DNA from: a virus | Virus record (IMG/VR): IMGVR_UViG_3300020391_000290 | Coordinates: 1-64,000 of that record | DNA: 64,000 bases | Reading direction: 5' to 3' (one strand) | Shown here: positions 37,195 through 47,647 of the stretch, piece by piece | How the letters are laid out: each line of letters begins with the position of its first letter | Numbering within the stretch: position 1 is the first letter of the stretch | Program-made: the position numbers and the translations under genes | Notes under the pieces: model-generated | Databases searched by the model: none | Told to the model about the DNA's origin: nothing | What the model saw: the letters and a program-made list of their open reading frames with translations, nothing else

Positions 37195-38201
37195 AGGTTC
37201 TTGTATATATCCAACATTAATTTACTATCATATTGTTGACTGTCTATTTGTTGTAATTGACTTGTGACTATACTATCCACACTTTCAAAATTTATTTCAC
37301 CAGATATTTGCATATCCATTTCTTCCATTTTTACAGGTATAAGACTCATTTCACGTAATGAATATTCATGCATAAATGTTTCTTTTATAAAACTTGCTTC
37401 TTCATAACTTATATCTACATCTAAATTCACTCTTGCATAAGTTTTAGGACTTAAATATTTTTCTGGACCTTCTAAAAGTTGACTTATTTTAAGTGTGCGA
37501 TACTTTGGTTGGTCAGGCCATGCAATAAATTGTTTTGTGCCATCCCAGTCTAGTATCATCATACCTCTATCATCATCCCATGCATCACTATAATTATGTG
37601 GGAACGCATTTCCTGTATAGGTAACATTATTACGCTCTTGTCTTTTATGAAAATGACCAGTAAAAACTTTACCACAACGGCCAAAGTCTTTATCGCTTAG
37701 TTCTCCGTGATCAGGCATTTGTACCATTGCATTCATATAAAAGTGTGGAAGTTCAAAATGTCCAATTACATAATCTGCACGTATCTTTTGCATTTGTTTA
37801 TGTTCGTCACCTACTAGCCAAGGAACAAATGCTACGTTATCTACAGTAGTTATATCGTTGTAAAATTCTATATTTTCATATTTTTTTATAAATGCAATAC
37901 TATTGTAATCTCGCTTGTCTCTATGGTACTCATCATGATTGCCTGGTATAAAATGTATTACATCAAATGTTTCATTTAGTTTATCTAATGCTTGTACACT
38001 ATAATTTAACGTACTAACGTTTATAGTCGCACGTTGATGATGCCAGTCGCCCATAAAAATACAAGTGTCTGCCCCTTGTTCTTTTGCTTCCTTACAGAAC
38101 CAAGTAATAAAATCTAAACAATCTTTGTTAAATGTTTGGCTATTGCTTTTATTTCCAAAGTGAATGTCCGTAAAGACGGCGGCCCGTTTGAATAAACTCA
38201 T
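37191..38201 (-). CDS. gp47: Recombination nuclease subunit (gp47/SbcD/Mre11)
   Basis: DIHFG, GDWHH, GNHD, GHFE and GHFH metallophosphoesterase motifs. Confidence 0.95.
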   Translation of the reverse strand: MSLFKRAAVFTDIHFGNKSNSQTFNKDCLDFITWFCKEAKEQGADTCIFMGDWHHQRATINVSTLNYSVQALDKLNETFDVIHFIPGNHDEYHRDKRDYNSIAFIKKYENIEFYNDITTVDNVAFVPWLVGDEHKQMQKIRADYVIGHFELPHFYMNAMVQMPDHGELSDKDFGRCGKVFTGHFHKRQERNNVTYTGNAFPHNYSDAWDDDRGMMILDWDGTKQFIAWPDQPKYRTLKISQLLEGPEKYLSPKTYARVNLDVDISYEEASFIKETFMHEYSLREMSLIPVKMEEMDMQISGEINFESVDSIVTSQLQQIDSQQYDSKLMLDIYKNL

Positions 38202-38235
38202 GTAATTATTATAGCATCTTATCTTTTATTGTCAA
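38201..38235 (-). promoter_or_regulatory. Consensus sigma70 promoter giving a probable leaderless gp47 mRNA
   Basis: TTGACA, 16 nt ending TGc, TATAAT, 6 nt, ATG; no SD. Confidence 0.7.
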
Positions 38236-39353
38236 TGATTAAAGTAGTCTTGTTGTGTACCTTCTCGGTACAAGTCTAAAGTAATACAGTGTAATCCACC
38301 GTCCCAGAAATATCTATGCCTCCATGGGACATAAACTGGTTCGATTTTATGTTTTTTAAAGAATTTGTTTACTTTTTCGTTGTTAGGATTACTAACACAA
38401 CAATGATGTTCGTCTAACATCAGTACATTTACATCAAAAACTGTTTCCTCTACATAACCAACCCAATCTTGTAGCCAGGTCTCTACAAATTGAGTGAATT
38501 CATCGTTGTGCTCTTCGCCCGCAAGCCACCATTTGCCTTCATTTTTATCCTTAAGATCTAAAAATGGCTTTACCTTACTCCAACTTTGATTTGGTAGATA
38601 ACAGACATCCCATCCTGGAAAAGTTTTTTCATAATTTTGCACGTCACGTAAACTTAATATTACTCCCGGTTTAATTGGATGATAGTTTGCATCAGCGTGT
38701 CCATCTGAATTAGCAACAGTCACTTCAAATTCTTTGAATTGAGATAGTCCTTGCACATCCTCTAATGTAAGTTCTATTTCATGGGTGTCACCTACAATCA
38801 CTTTTTTTCCAATCATAAATACAATCGCACTGCTATCTGAATGACTGGTAAAATTTAGCAATTCTCTCCATACAAAATCTTCAAAGTATTCTTTATTTTT
38901 TCTGTGAATACAAAAATCTTCCCAACTAGGCCAACTTGCTCCGGCTAGTATATTGTATTTGTTTTCACAGGATATAAATGGAATTTTATATTCTGGCACA
39001 TTTAACGGAGCATAATTTTCAAGTTTGGATCTAATTGCAGGATGATCGCCATTAAGACTATAACATCTGTTTCCTATTACCAACTGATAATCACGGGGTT
39101 GTAATGGACCCCTAGGATATCTGCTTGGATTATCTAGAAATCTTTCATTCCTGTCCATATCAGGTTGTATTACTTCTACTCCAAAATCTTGTAATATTTT
39201 TTTGTATCCATCTAAATCTTCTAGTGTTTCTTCACATATACGTTTTAACGGATCACCTGCTTTATCCGGAAGTCCATTGAAAAACTCAGGTGCATAATTA
39301 TTGCCCAACATACATACTTTTAGTGGGTCCCATTTGTTCCAAATGTTATACAT
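38232..39353 (-). CDS. Amidinotransferase-family (pentein) enzyme
   Basis: WDPLKVCMLG, PRD, GHAD, FDVNVL and WDGGLHCITLDLYR with the catalytic Cys. Confidence 0.85.
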   Translation of the reverse strand: MYNIWNKWDPLKVCMLGNNYAPEFFNGLPDKAGDPLKRICEETLEDLDGYKKILQDFGVEVIQPDMDRNERFLDNPSRYPRGPLQPRDYQLVIGNRCYSLNGDHPAIRSKLENYAPLNVPEYKIPFISCENKYNILAGASWPSWEDFCIHRKNKEYFEDFVWRELLNFTSHSDSSAIVFMIGKKVIVGDTHEIELTLEDVQGLSQFKEFEVTVANSDGHADANYHPIKPGVILSLRDVQNYEKTFPGWDVCYLPNQSWSKVKPFLDLKDKNEGKWWLAGEEHNDEFTQFVETWLQDWVGYVEETVFDVNVLMLDEHHCCVSNPNNEKVNKFFKKHKIEPVYVPWRHRYFWDGGLHCITLDLYREGTQQDYFNH

Positions 39354-39367
39354 AATTTTGTTTAAGT

Positions 39368-40180
39368 TTAGATAGGATTAGAACTTTTTGCAATTTCGTT
39401 CTCCGTTTGTCTTGTATAACTAGGATTAAGTCCAGCACTTTCTAATATATCGTCTCGAATTGCTTGATTTTTCTTTTCTAAGTTTAGCACACGAGTAAAA
39501 CTATTTGTGATTGCGGCAGTATAGTAAGCAAATGGATTTTCGCTTTTACTTTCGTCAAACTGCAACCCAATTTGTGTTAATTGTAGTAGTGCTTGGCTAC
39601 GCATTTCGTCGTTATATGTATATCCGCGCCAGTTTGATCTTGTCCCATAACGTTCACATAGTTTCATATACATTCTAGCAAGTTTACTAGTAGTTTTTCC
39701 ATGCGTTTTACTAAAGTTACCGTTCTCTAGTCCACCCTCCCAATGACTTTTGCCCACAAGTACTGGGTTATCTTCATCATCTAACCTAAAATGTTGAAAT
39801 GGTGGAAAGTTACACTGTACGTGATGATCTGCTACTGTTTTTGGATTTTTTTTACGACCTGGATGTAACGGTATATGGTCATGTGTCATAATCCTAAACA
39901 CCACATCTTTTTTATCAATTTTTTTCCAGTCAACGGCAAACTCTGCTTGTTTAACTTTTTTACCTTCAGCACGAGCCTCTTCGTATGCTATTTTTTGCAT
40001 ACGATCAGCTTGATTTCTTTTAGCCTGTGCAACTGTCCTAATGTTAATTTTTTCTATATTTGGTAGTATCATATCATAGACATCGTCACCGTCTGCAATA
40101 AAACTACTGTATGTACTTTTACTTTTGTGTATTTCCTTTAACAAATCGCGATTGTTAAGGTAATTTTTTCTTTTTATCAT
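39368..40180 (-). CDS. gp55: Late-transcription sigma factor (gp55-like)
   Basis: NYLNNRDLL, NWRGYTYNDEM and FDESKSENPFAYYT. Confidence 0.88.
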   Translation of the reverse strand: MIKRKNYLNNRDLLKEIHKSKSTYSSFIADGDDVYDMILPNIEKINIRTVAQAKRNQADRMQKIAYEEARAEGKKVKQAEFAVDWKKIDKKDVVFRIMTHDHIPLHPGRKKNPKTVADHHVQCNFPPFQHFRLDDEDNPVLVGKSHWEGGLENGNFSKTHGKTTSKLARMYMKLCERYGTRSNWRGYTYNDEMRSQALLQLTQIGLQFDESKSENPFAYYTAAITNSFTRVLNLEKKNQAIRDDILESAGLNPSYTRQTENEIAKSSNPI

Positions 40181-40218
40181 ATTTGAGGATTCCTTTTATA
40201 TGCGTATATTATACAGCC

Positions 40219-40226
40219 TATAAATA
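40219..40226 (+). promoter_or_regulatory. Late promoter TATAAATA for the baseplate operon
   Basis: Exact T4 late consensus; overlaps a minus-strand TTGCAT-N18-TATAAT promoter for gp55. Confidence 0.7.
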
Positions 40227-40260
40227 TACTTATGCAATATAAAAATAAGGTTTTTTGAGA

Positions 40261-41127
40261 ATGGCATTTGATTTAGGTAGCAAATTTACTCGTAGAGCAA
40301 AACAATATACTACAGATACAGTAGGAAAAGCATTACCAGGCAACGATCCTATTAGTAAAGTTGGCAGAAATATCTTAAATGCTAGTGGTAACAGGTTACT
40401 TCAAGCAGGACTAAATGAACTAGGAGCAAATACTCCTGGTAGTTTCTTAAATAATATAGTAACTGCAGTTTTTAGAGACAATGATACTCGTGTGAGATTA
40501 TCTTTGAGTCCAGGAGCCAATATACTGTATAAGACCGGACGTGGATTCGAAGGCGGTATTCAAAACAAAATACTTGAACCTTTGATAGAAACAGACGGTG
40601 TATTGTTTCCTTATACACCAACAGTAAGTGTGAGTCATACTGCTCAGTATACAGGAGTTCATCCTGCACACAGTAACTTTATACAACATAGTTACAATGC
40701 AAGTTCAGTGGATACAATTAGTATTGATGGATATTTTACTGCAAATAATGCAGATGAAGCAAGATATGTTTTTGCAGTATTACATTTTCTTCGTAGTGCA
40801 TATAAAATGTTTTTTGGTTCAGATGCTAATAGAGGCACACCTCCACCAGTACTAAGACTAAGCGGATATGGCCCTTTTAATTATAACAGTGTGCCTGTGG
40901 TTTTATCTAATTTTAGTGAAATAATGGCTGCAGACAGAGACTATATAGAAGTGCCACTAGCATCTTCACCAGATGCATCAACAAAAACTATGATTCCAAC
41001 TTATATGAACATGACTATGACACTTAATCCAATTTACACCAAAGAGCAGATATCTAATTTTAGTTTAGAAAGTTTTGCTAGAGGTGATCAAATAGGAAGA
41101 CCAGGTGGCGCTGGAGGATTTTTATAA
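40261..41127 (+). CDS. Baseplate/tail-tube initiator protein (gp48/gp54-like)
   Basis: GVLFPYTP, ISIDGYFTA and GTPPPVLRLSGYG tube-fold motifs; first gene of the baseplate operon. Confidence 0.65.
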   Translation: MAFDLGSKFTRRAKQYTTDTVGKALPGNDPISKVGRNILNASGNRLLQAGLNELGANTPGSFLNNIVTAVFRDNDTRVRLSLSPGANILYKTGRGFEGGIQNKILEPLIETDGVLFPYTPTVSVSHTAQYTGVHPAHSNFIQHSYNASSVDTISIDGYFTANNADEARYVFAVLHFLRSAYKMFFGSDANRGTPPPVLRLSGYGPFNYNSVPVVLSNFSEIMAADRDYIEVPLASSPDASTKTMIPTYMNMTMTLNPIYTKEQISNFSLESFARGDQIGRPGGAGGFL

Positions 41128-41429
41128 TGGCAGTACAATACAGTGCAGATAGTCCTTATGCAAATACTACACAATATAGTTATTACTTAGATGTACTGAC
41201 TCCAAGAATAATTAGACCTTTCAAAGATGATGTGTTACATACACTTACACAGGTACATGAATATAGACCAGATTTATTAGCATTTGATCTTTACGCAAAT
41301 AGTAATTTATGGTGGGTTTTTCAAGCAAGAAATCCAAATGCCTTTGAAGATCCAGTATGGGATTTTAGAGTAGGTACAAAGTTTTACATTCCAAAAAAGG
41401 AAACAATTGATACTGCGTTAGGAAATTAA
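41127..41429 (+). CDS. Baseplate wedge protein (gp53-like, LysM-like)
   Basis: RPDLLAFDLYANSNLWWVF motif. Confidence 0.85.
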   Translation: MAVQYSADSPYANTTQYSYYLDVLTPRIIRPFKDDVLHTLTQVHEYRPDLLAFDLYANSNLWWVFQARNPNAFEDPVWDFRVGTKFYIPKKETIDTALGN

Positions 41430-44138
41430 ATGTCTGATATAATTGGTTTCAATTCATCTATAACTTTTACTGGAGCCCCTGGTACACTACCTTTAGAAGA
41501 TGATTTTAATCTTAATAATGGAAATCCTCCTTTTATATATAGGGAAAATTATGATAGATATTTTAGCGAACAGGCAGAAAATTTACAGTTAGTACCACAA
41601 GACTTAAGCCTTTATAAAAATGATAAAATAGAACCTATTAAAGTTCCATCTAGTAAAATAATTTCATATAGCAACGATTATATAAAACCTACTGTTAATT
41701 ATGCAAATCCTAATAATTCAGTCAACGTTGATGATTTTAATTTGTATGATGGCTTTGAAAATGATCAGTTTAATTATGTCACAAAAATAGACTTAGGAGC
41801 AAGTGGTAAAAAAGTAAGTAAAGATCCACCTGAGGAAAATTTTACTGATGAAACAGCTTTTAATGATGATACGTTTTATCAATCATATGATGATGGAAGT
41901 ATTAGAGGGCAAGACACTAGCAAAGATGTCAAAATTGCTAGTTCAGTTGATGCAAAATCTAATCAAAAAGCTAAACCTGCTTTTAACCAAGATCTATCTA
42001 AGATAAAAATAGATCCTGCAACCAACGAACTTAATATATTTTCCAGCGTAACATATAATTTAGCTCTTTACATGATGAATAGTAAAAGTTATGTAGATAT
42101 TACTAAAGCACCCAACAACCCTAACGAAGTTTTAGATCCAGACTCTGGAAATAGCCAATTACTAATGAGAAGTGGCGGAACAGGATTAGATAATAAAAAC
42201 AATGATTTTGCAAATAATTTTTTTATAGATGATTTAGAAATACAAAATATTGCAGTTGGCCCAGATAAGTTTAAGCATAATACTAATGCAACTAGTGTAA
42301 ATTTTACCATAACAGAACCACGTGGTGTTACACTGCTTGAAAAATTACAAAGACTTGCTGGTACTGTACTAGTAAGCACAAGAGAGAATTATATTCATGC
42401 TCCTTACTTGTTAGAAATAAAATTTAAAGGGTACAACGATACTGGGCAACCTATACCTACCGCAAGTAAACCTAAGTATATTCCTATAAAAATTACAGAT
42501 ATGACATTTGAAGTCACTAACAGTGGCACACAGTATCGTGTAAGTGCAATTCCTTTTGCAAATCATGTTCTCGGAAGTATTATGAATACTATTCCTCATA
42601 ATATTGAATTAAAAGCCAGCACAGTAGGTGATATTTTTACTAGTGAAGTGACAAAATTAGTTCAAGTCCCCGACAGAATTACAGATGGAGTTAGTCCGGG
42701 TGTTGCAACTGCAATTGGTATTAAAGAAGGACAACAACCTACTAAAACAAAGAAAACAAAACATAGAGATCTTGCAGAAATTCTCACTGATTCTAGACGT
42801 GCTAGAACACTTCCAACATCATATAAAGATAAGAATGGTCAACCAGTTAGTGTCCCGCCTGCTGCAGAAAAGTATGATACATATAATTTCCTATTAGCAG
42901 AAGAAATATCAAGTGCAAAATTAAATTTAGAAGATATATATGATGCATTGAATACACCTGTGCCAACGGAAGATGAGAAAAAACCGAAAAGTGGTTCACA
43001 AACACAACAAAAATCTGCAGATAAAAAACAATATGAAACTTATGTGCAAGGATTAACTAGAGGTGTGACTTTAGACAAAGAAAGTAAAACTTTTTCAATT
43101 GCAGCTGGTACTGATATTACAAAACTTATAAATCTAGTAATAATGCATAGTAGTTATATGGATAAAAATGTTGAGGAAAATCCTAAACAATACTTACAAA
43201 CAGGCGATCCTATAAATTGGTTTAGGGTACGACCAGTAATTGAAAGCTCATCCGAACCTGGTAATGGTTTTGATAGGAAAGACGGAAGATACAAGTATAG
43301 TATAAAACATGTAGTAGAAAAAAATGTTATACACTACCATGACTTTCCATGGGGTAAAAAAAGTAAACCAGTTGGGGTAGGTTATCACAAGGTTTATGAT
43401 TTTATTTTTTCTGGAAAAAATACTGAAGTGTTAGATTTTAGATTAAAATTTAATACTGCATTTTATAGTGTAATGACAGCTGGAACAGGCAGTCCGTTTG
43501 CCGGAAAGCCAGCAAACAATGCTTTTACACCATTAGTTAAAGAATTAACTTCATCATTAGAAGGAAATGTTATTAATTCAAAAGACCAACTAACTAGGCA
43601 ACGTGCTAAAGATCTTTTTAGTAGTGTAATGAGCGATGGTGTAGACCTTTTAAATTTAGATATGAGTATAGTTGGTGATCCAGCTTGGATTCCTACAAGT
43701 GATGCGTATTGGCAAGATAGAGTGAGAAAAGGCCAGTCTTATACTAGTCCATTTATGCCTGATGGAACGATTAATTACAATTTGACACCACCATATATAC
43801 GTGTAAATTTAAGGACACCTGTGGATTATGATGCAACAACAGGTTTACAAGATCCTAGTCAGGCGGGTAACAGTAGTTTTAGTGGTGTATATAGAATAAC
43901 ACAAGTAGATAGTACGTTTAGTGGTGGTGTATTCCAACAACGTCTTAGTGGATTCAGACCACCGGGGCAGGACGCAGATAGTTTACAAGTAAATACTGCA
44001 GAATCTACGACTAACGTACAAAGAGACTTGCTTACTAGAGTAGAAGATGCTATAGTAAAAGATAGTAAGAACTTATTTGCAAAAGTTTTACCAAAAAATG
44101 ACGAAATCGATTATGATACTTTTTTTCCAGAGGAATAA
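41430..44138 (+). CDS. Baseplate hub protein (gp27-like)
   Basis: FTITEPRG, PYLLEIKFKG, IVGDPAWI and FSGVYRITQVDSTFSGGVFQQRL. Confidence 0.7.
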   Translation: MSDIIGFNSSITFTGAPGTLPLEDDFNLNNGNPPFIYRENYDRYFSEQAENLQLVPQDLSLYKNDKIEPIKVPSSKIISYSNDYIKPTVNYANPNNSVNVDDFNLYDGFENDQFNYVTKIDLGASGKKVSKDPPEENFTDETAFNDDTFYQSYDDGSIRGQDTSKDVKIASSVDAKSNQKAKPAFNQDLSKIKIDPATNELNIFSSVTYNLALYMMNSKSYVDITKAPNNPNEVLDPDSGNSQLLMRSGGTGLDNKNNDFANNFFIDDLEIQNIAVGPDKFKHNTNATSVNFTITEPRGVTLLEKLQRLAGTVLVSTRENYIHAPYLLEIKFKGYNDTGQPIPTASKPKYIPIKITDMTFEVTNSGTQYRVSAIPFANHVLGSIMNTIPHNIELKASTVGDIFTSEVTKLVQVPDRITDGVSPGVATAIGIKEGQQPTKTKKTKHRDLAEILTDSRRARTLPTSYKDKNGQPVSVPPAAEKYDTYNFLLAEEISSAKLNLEDIYDALNTPVPTEDEKKPKSGSQTQQKSADKKQYETYVQGLTRGVTLDKESKTFSIAAGTDITKLINLVIMHSSYMDKNVEENPKQYLQTGDPINWFRVRPVIESSSEPGNGFDRKDGRYKYSIKHVVEKNVIHYHDFPWGKKSKPVGVGYHKVYDFIFSGKNTEVLDFRLKFNTAFYSVMTAGTGSPFAGKPANNAFTPLVKELTSSLEGNVINSKDQLTRQRAKDLFSSVMSDGVDLLNLDMSIVGDPAWIPTSDAYWQDRVRKGQSYTSPFMPDGTINYNLTPPYIRVNLRTPVDYDATTGLQDPSQAGNSSFSGVYRITQVDSTFSGGVFQQRLSGFRPPGQDADSLQVNTAESTTNVQRDLLTRVEDAIVKDSKNLFAKVLPKNDEIDYDTFFPEE

Positions 44139-44141
44139 CAG

Positions 44142-47100
44142 ATGGCAGTAGATATTTCGCGAGGTGGTACTAAAGGCGGCGATCCTCAATATAGTTCAAG
44201 TAATATTAGAGGAGTAAGTCAAGAAAGAGGAATTGTTATTGGCGTCGTAAAAGCAAACGTACATGGTTCACACATGGGTGTGATACAAGTTTATATTGCT
44301 GAAATGAGTACAGACGAATCCGATAAATCACAATGGCGAACAGTACGTTATTGTACTCCATTCTATAGTAGGGTTGATAATTCAGGCGATAAAGATACTT
44401 TTAATGAAACAAAGGTCCCTGCAGGTATAGTTACTCCTCCACCAGACTTAGGTACTACTGTGCTATGTTTTTTTCCGCAAGGAAGAAACGCAGATGGATT
44501 CTATTTTGCATGTGTTCCTGATACTTTTATGATGCAAACATTACCTGAGCCTACACTTTATGAAGGATACATTGGAGGTGAATTCAATGATAATAATCCA
44601 CTAAGGAAAACGGATAAAATTACTAATTGGAAAAGTCAACACAGACCTGTTGATTTTCTTACACAACAAATTGTAAATGATCAAGGATTATATAGAGATA
44701 AAGTAAGAGGACTTAATAACAGTGGATACATGCGAGAATCACCAAGTGAAATAATTGGTATAAGCAGTAAAGGTCGAAGAATTACAGATCAAGGTAAAGA
44801 TTTTTTAAAAGAAAATTCATCCGCAATTAAAAGTTTACCTAATAATTCTGATGCAAAAATTATTAAAGCACTCTTAGGGCCTAATAACAGGAGAAAAGGT
44901 CACAGTATTGCTTTGGATGATGGAGATATTGACGGTAATAGTAATCAGATTAGACTAAGAACAAGTACGGGTCACCAAATTTTAATGAATGATACGGAAG
45001 GTGTAATATATGTAGGAAACGCTGACGGCAGTGTATGGATTGAACTTGGTAAAAGTGGTACACTAGATGTATATGCACAAGATAGTATTAATTTTCGTAG
45101 TAAAAATTTAAATTTTCATGCAGACGAGAATATAAAGTTTCATAGTAAAGGGTATACACAAATTGTTAGCGAACAACAATTGCATTTACAGTCAGAGGAT
45201 GATTTAGTATTACAATCTTCTGCAGATGCTGGTATTACTTCTAATGCATTTTCAGTAAAAGCAAGTGGATCAATGAATTTATCTGGTGGCGCAACTTCTA
45301 GTATTAAATCAAGCGGAATTATGAGTGTAAGTGGATCCATTGTTATGTTACAAGGGCCGTCATTAGGAGGAAAAACTGCAAAACCAGTAAGACCGCAGAT
45401 GAAATTGGATCCAAAATATGATCCTGCCCAACAAAGATATATTCTTACAAGAGATAGCACTATAACTACTACAGTTGATAGACTTGCTACTCATGAACCT
45501 TTTGTTGGTCATGGGCAAAAAAGTACTGCAACAGGCTATAGTGGAGGACTAGCTGGTGGTGGCGGATTAGCAGGTGCTTTTTCTATTATTAGTGCCGCCT
45601 ATAGTACTGCAGGCTTTAGTGAACTTGCTAGTGGAGTAGATGTTACAGATTTTGCTGGAACTAACCAATTTGCGGACTTTAGTGATTTCGCTGGAGGGTT
45701 TGCAGGCGGAAATACTTTTAGTGATATAGGGTTAGATGCATTTGGAGGTTTAGGAGACACTGTATCAGACTTTAGTGATTTTGCAGGCCCTAATTTATTT
45801 TCGTCTGGACTATCTACAGGTATTGATTTTAGTCAAATTACTGGTATAGCCGAGGATTTTGGAGATGCGTTAACTAGTGGATTAGGCGAAATAGGAAAAG
45901 ATTTGGGCGATAGTCTTGCAAAGTTTGGCAATGGTCTTACAGGTACTGATATTACGAGTCCAGATTTCCCAGGACTTAGTTCTTTGTTGCCTAGCACTTC
46001 TGGAGATTTGTCTGCATTTGGCGGCGCCGGAGATAGTGTAGGTTTTATAGGAGGATTTTCTAATATATCACCATCTGTCGATAGTATCGCAAGTAATATA
46101 TCTAGTGTAGGAGGAATTACTACTACATGGAGTGGCATAGGAGATTTTGTAAATTCGGATTTGGGTAAATTAGTAACTGACGGATCGGGTAAAATTATTG
46201 ATATTGCAAAACAAGTAGCATCTGATTATGAAACTGCATTGCCTGAACTACAAAAAGGGTTACAAAAAATATCAGCTGTTGTTCCTGGCATAAGTGATAA
46301 TTTACCAGAATTTTTGACTCAACCTTCTATAGCAGGTTTACAAGTTACTGATTTAATAAAACAAGTTGATACAGGTTTTAGCATTGGTAATTTAGAAAGT
46401 ATAGATATACAAGGTTTGAATGCCGGCATTGTAAAACTTACAGGTAGCAATAATGCGTCTACATTTATAGATAGTGTAACAAAAACTATAGGAAAATATG
46501 GATTTGATGTTGAACAACTTAAAGCAAATGGTTTTGTACGTCCTGAAGCTGTATTTAATGATCAACTATCTCAAAGCAGTGTATGGACAGGCAAAGATGG
46601 TATAACAACTTTAAATAAATTTTTATCTAATTCAGGAATACAAGAACAATTACAACAACAGGAAATTGCTAGGACATATCAAACATTAGTCAACAATGGT
46701 GGTATTGTAAGTACTGACTCAAAAGAAAAAATTATGGCAATGCTAACAGGATCAGCAATAAGCTCTCCTGAAATAGCAAAACAAATAAGATTAGGTGACG
46801 CCAACGTAGAAGGATTATTACGTAATACTTCCAGTATACCTGTAGGATCAGATATAAAAAGTGTAGTAATAAATGCTATGCAAACAGGAGGCTCTGTAAG
46901 TAAAGTTGTTACTGCAACCAAAGATAAAAACGATAATCAGGATTTGTCTACATTATCACGTTTTACAGGAACACTTAAAACTGGAGAAACAATTAGACAA
47001 ATAGGAGGAGTTAGTTATGTTGTTCCTGCTCCATCGTTAGATCAGTATAGCGGTTCTAACGGAGGCGAAAAAAGACAACTAGATAAACGTATTGCTGCCT

Positions 47101-47213
47101 TAGAAAACGATAAATTTAATGTTAGAATTGATGGAAATGATAATAACACTATTGTTGCACAAATAAATGATAAACTAAGTGAATTATATGCTAGAAGGCA
47201 TAGTTTAATATAA
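44142..47213 (+). CDS. Baseplate central spike (gp5/VgrG-like)
   Basis: OB-fold (PPDLGTTVLCFF), GHSIALDDG, IRLRTSTGHQI, beta-helix region and HEPF. Confidence 0.8.
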   Translation: MAVDISRGGTKGGDPQYSSSNIRGVSQERGIVIGVVKANVHGSHMGVIQVYIAEMSTDESDKSQWRTVRYCTPFYSRVDNSGDKDTFNETKVPAGIVTPPPDLGTTVLCFFPQGRNADGFYFACVPDTFMMQTLPEPTLYEGYIGGEFNDNNPLRKTDKITNWKSQHRPVDFLTQQIVNDQGLYRDKVRGLNNSGYMRESPSEIIGISSKGRRITDQGKDFLKENSSAIKSLPNNSDAKIIKALLGPNNRRKGHSIALDDGDIDGNSNQIRLRTSTGHQILMNDTEGVIYVGNADGSVWIELGKSGTLDVYAQDSINFRSKNLNFHADENIKFHSKGYTQIVSEQQLHLQSEDDLVLQSSADAGITSNAFSVKASGSMNLSGGATSSIKSSGIMSVSGSIVMLQGPSLGGKTAKPVRPQMKLDPKYDPAQQRYILTRDSTITTTVDRLATHEPFVGHGQKSTATGYSGGLAGGGGLAGAFSIISAAYSTAGFSELASGVDVTDFAGTNQFADFSDFAGGFAGGNTFSDIGLDAFGGLGDTVSDFSDFAGPNLFSSGLSTGIDFSQITGIAEDFGDALTSGLGEIGKDLGDSLAKFGNGLTGTDITSPDFPGLSSLLPSTSGDLSAFGGAGDSVGFIGGFSNISPSVDSIASNISSVGGITTTWSGIGDFVNSDLGKLVTDGSGKIIDIAKQVASDYETALPELQKGLQKISAVVPGISDNLPEFLTQPSIAGLQVTDLIKQVDTGFSIGNLESIDIQGLNAGIVKLTGSNNASTFIDSVTKTIGKYGFDVEQLKANGFVRPEAVFNDQLSQSSVWTGKDGITTLNKFLSNSGIQEQLQQQEIARTYQTLVNNGGIVSTDSKEKIMAMLTGSAISSPEIAKQIRLGDANVEGLLRNTSSIPVGSDIKSVVINAMQTGGSVSKVVTATKDKNDNQDLSTLSRFTGTLKTGETIRQIGGVSYVVPAPSLDQYSGSNGGEKRQLDKRIAALENDKFNVRIDGNDNNTIVAQINDKLSELYARRHSLI

Positions 47214-47222
47214 GGAAATAAA

Positions 47223-47594
47223 ATGGCAGTAGCAGTCTATAAAGGTATTAGTACAGTAAATAATAACTTTGGAAGTATAAAGTTAACAGATACAGATTTA
47301 ATAAAAAGAGATTTACTAAATCATTTTGCTATTCGCAAAGGCGAAAAACTTATGGATGGAAATTTTGGTACAAGTATTAGAGATTTAGTAATGGATCCTC
47401 TTACAGAAGAAACAAAAGCGGCAGTAGTCCAGGAAGTTAATCAAGTAATTAGTAGTGATCCAAGAGTAGTGATAGAAGGTGTGACTATTGATGAGTATGA
47501 AAGTGGTATACAGATTGAAATGTCTTTGCGTTATAGCATCAATAACGAAGTAGAAAATTTAATTATAAAATTTGATAGGACTGACGCAGAATAA
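47223..47594 (+). CDS. gp25: Baseplate wedge subunit gp25
   Basis: LIKRDLLNHFAIRKGEKLMDGNFGT...DPRV. Confidence 0.9.
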   Translation: MAVAVYKGISTVNNNFGSIKLTDTDLIKRDLLNHFAIRKGEKLMDGNFGTSIRDLVMDPLTEETKAAVVQEVNQVISSDPRVVIEGVTIDEYESGIQIEMSLRYSINNEVENLIIKFDRTDAE

Positions 47595-47647
47595 TATACC
47601 TATATTATACAGTGAATAAATACTGCAATAGATAGGAATGTTTAAAA

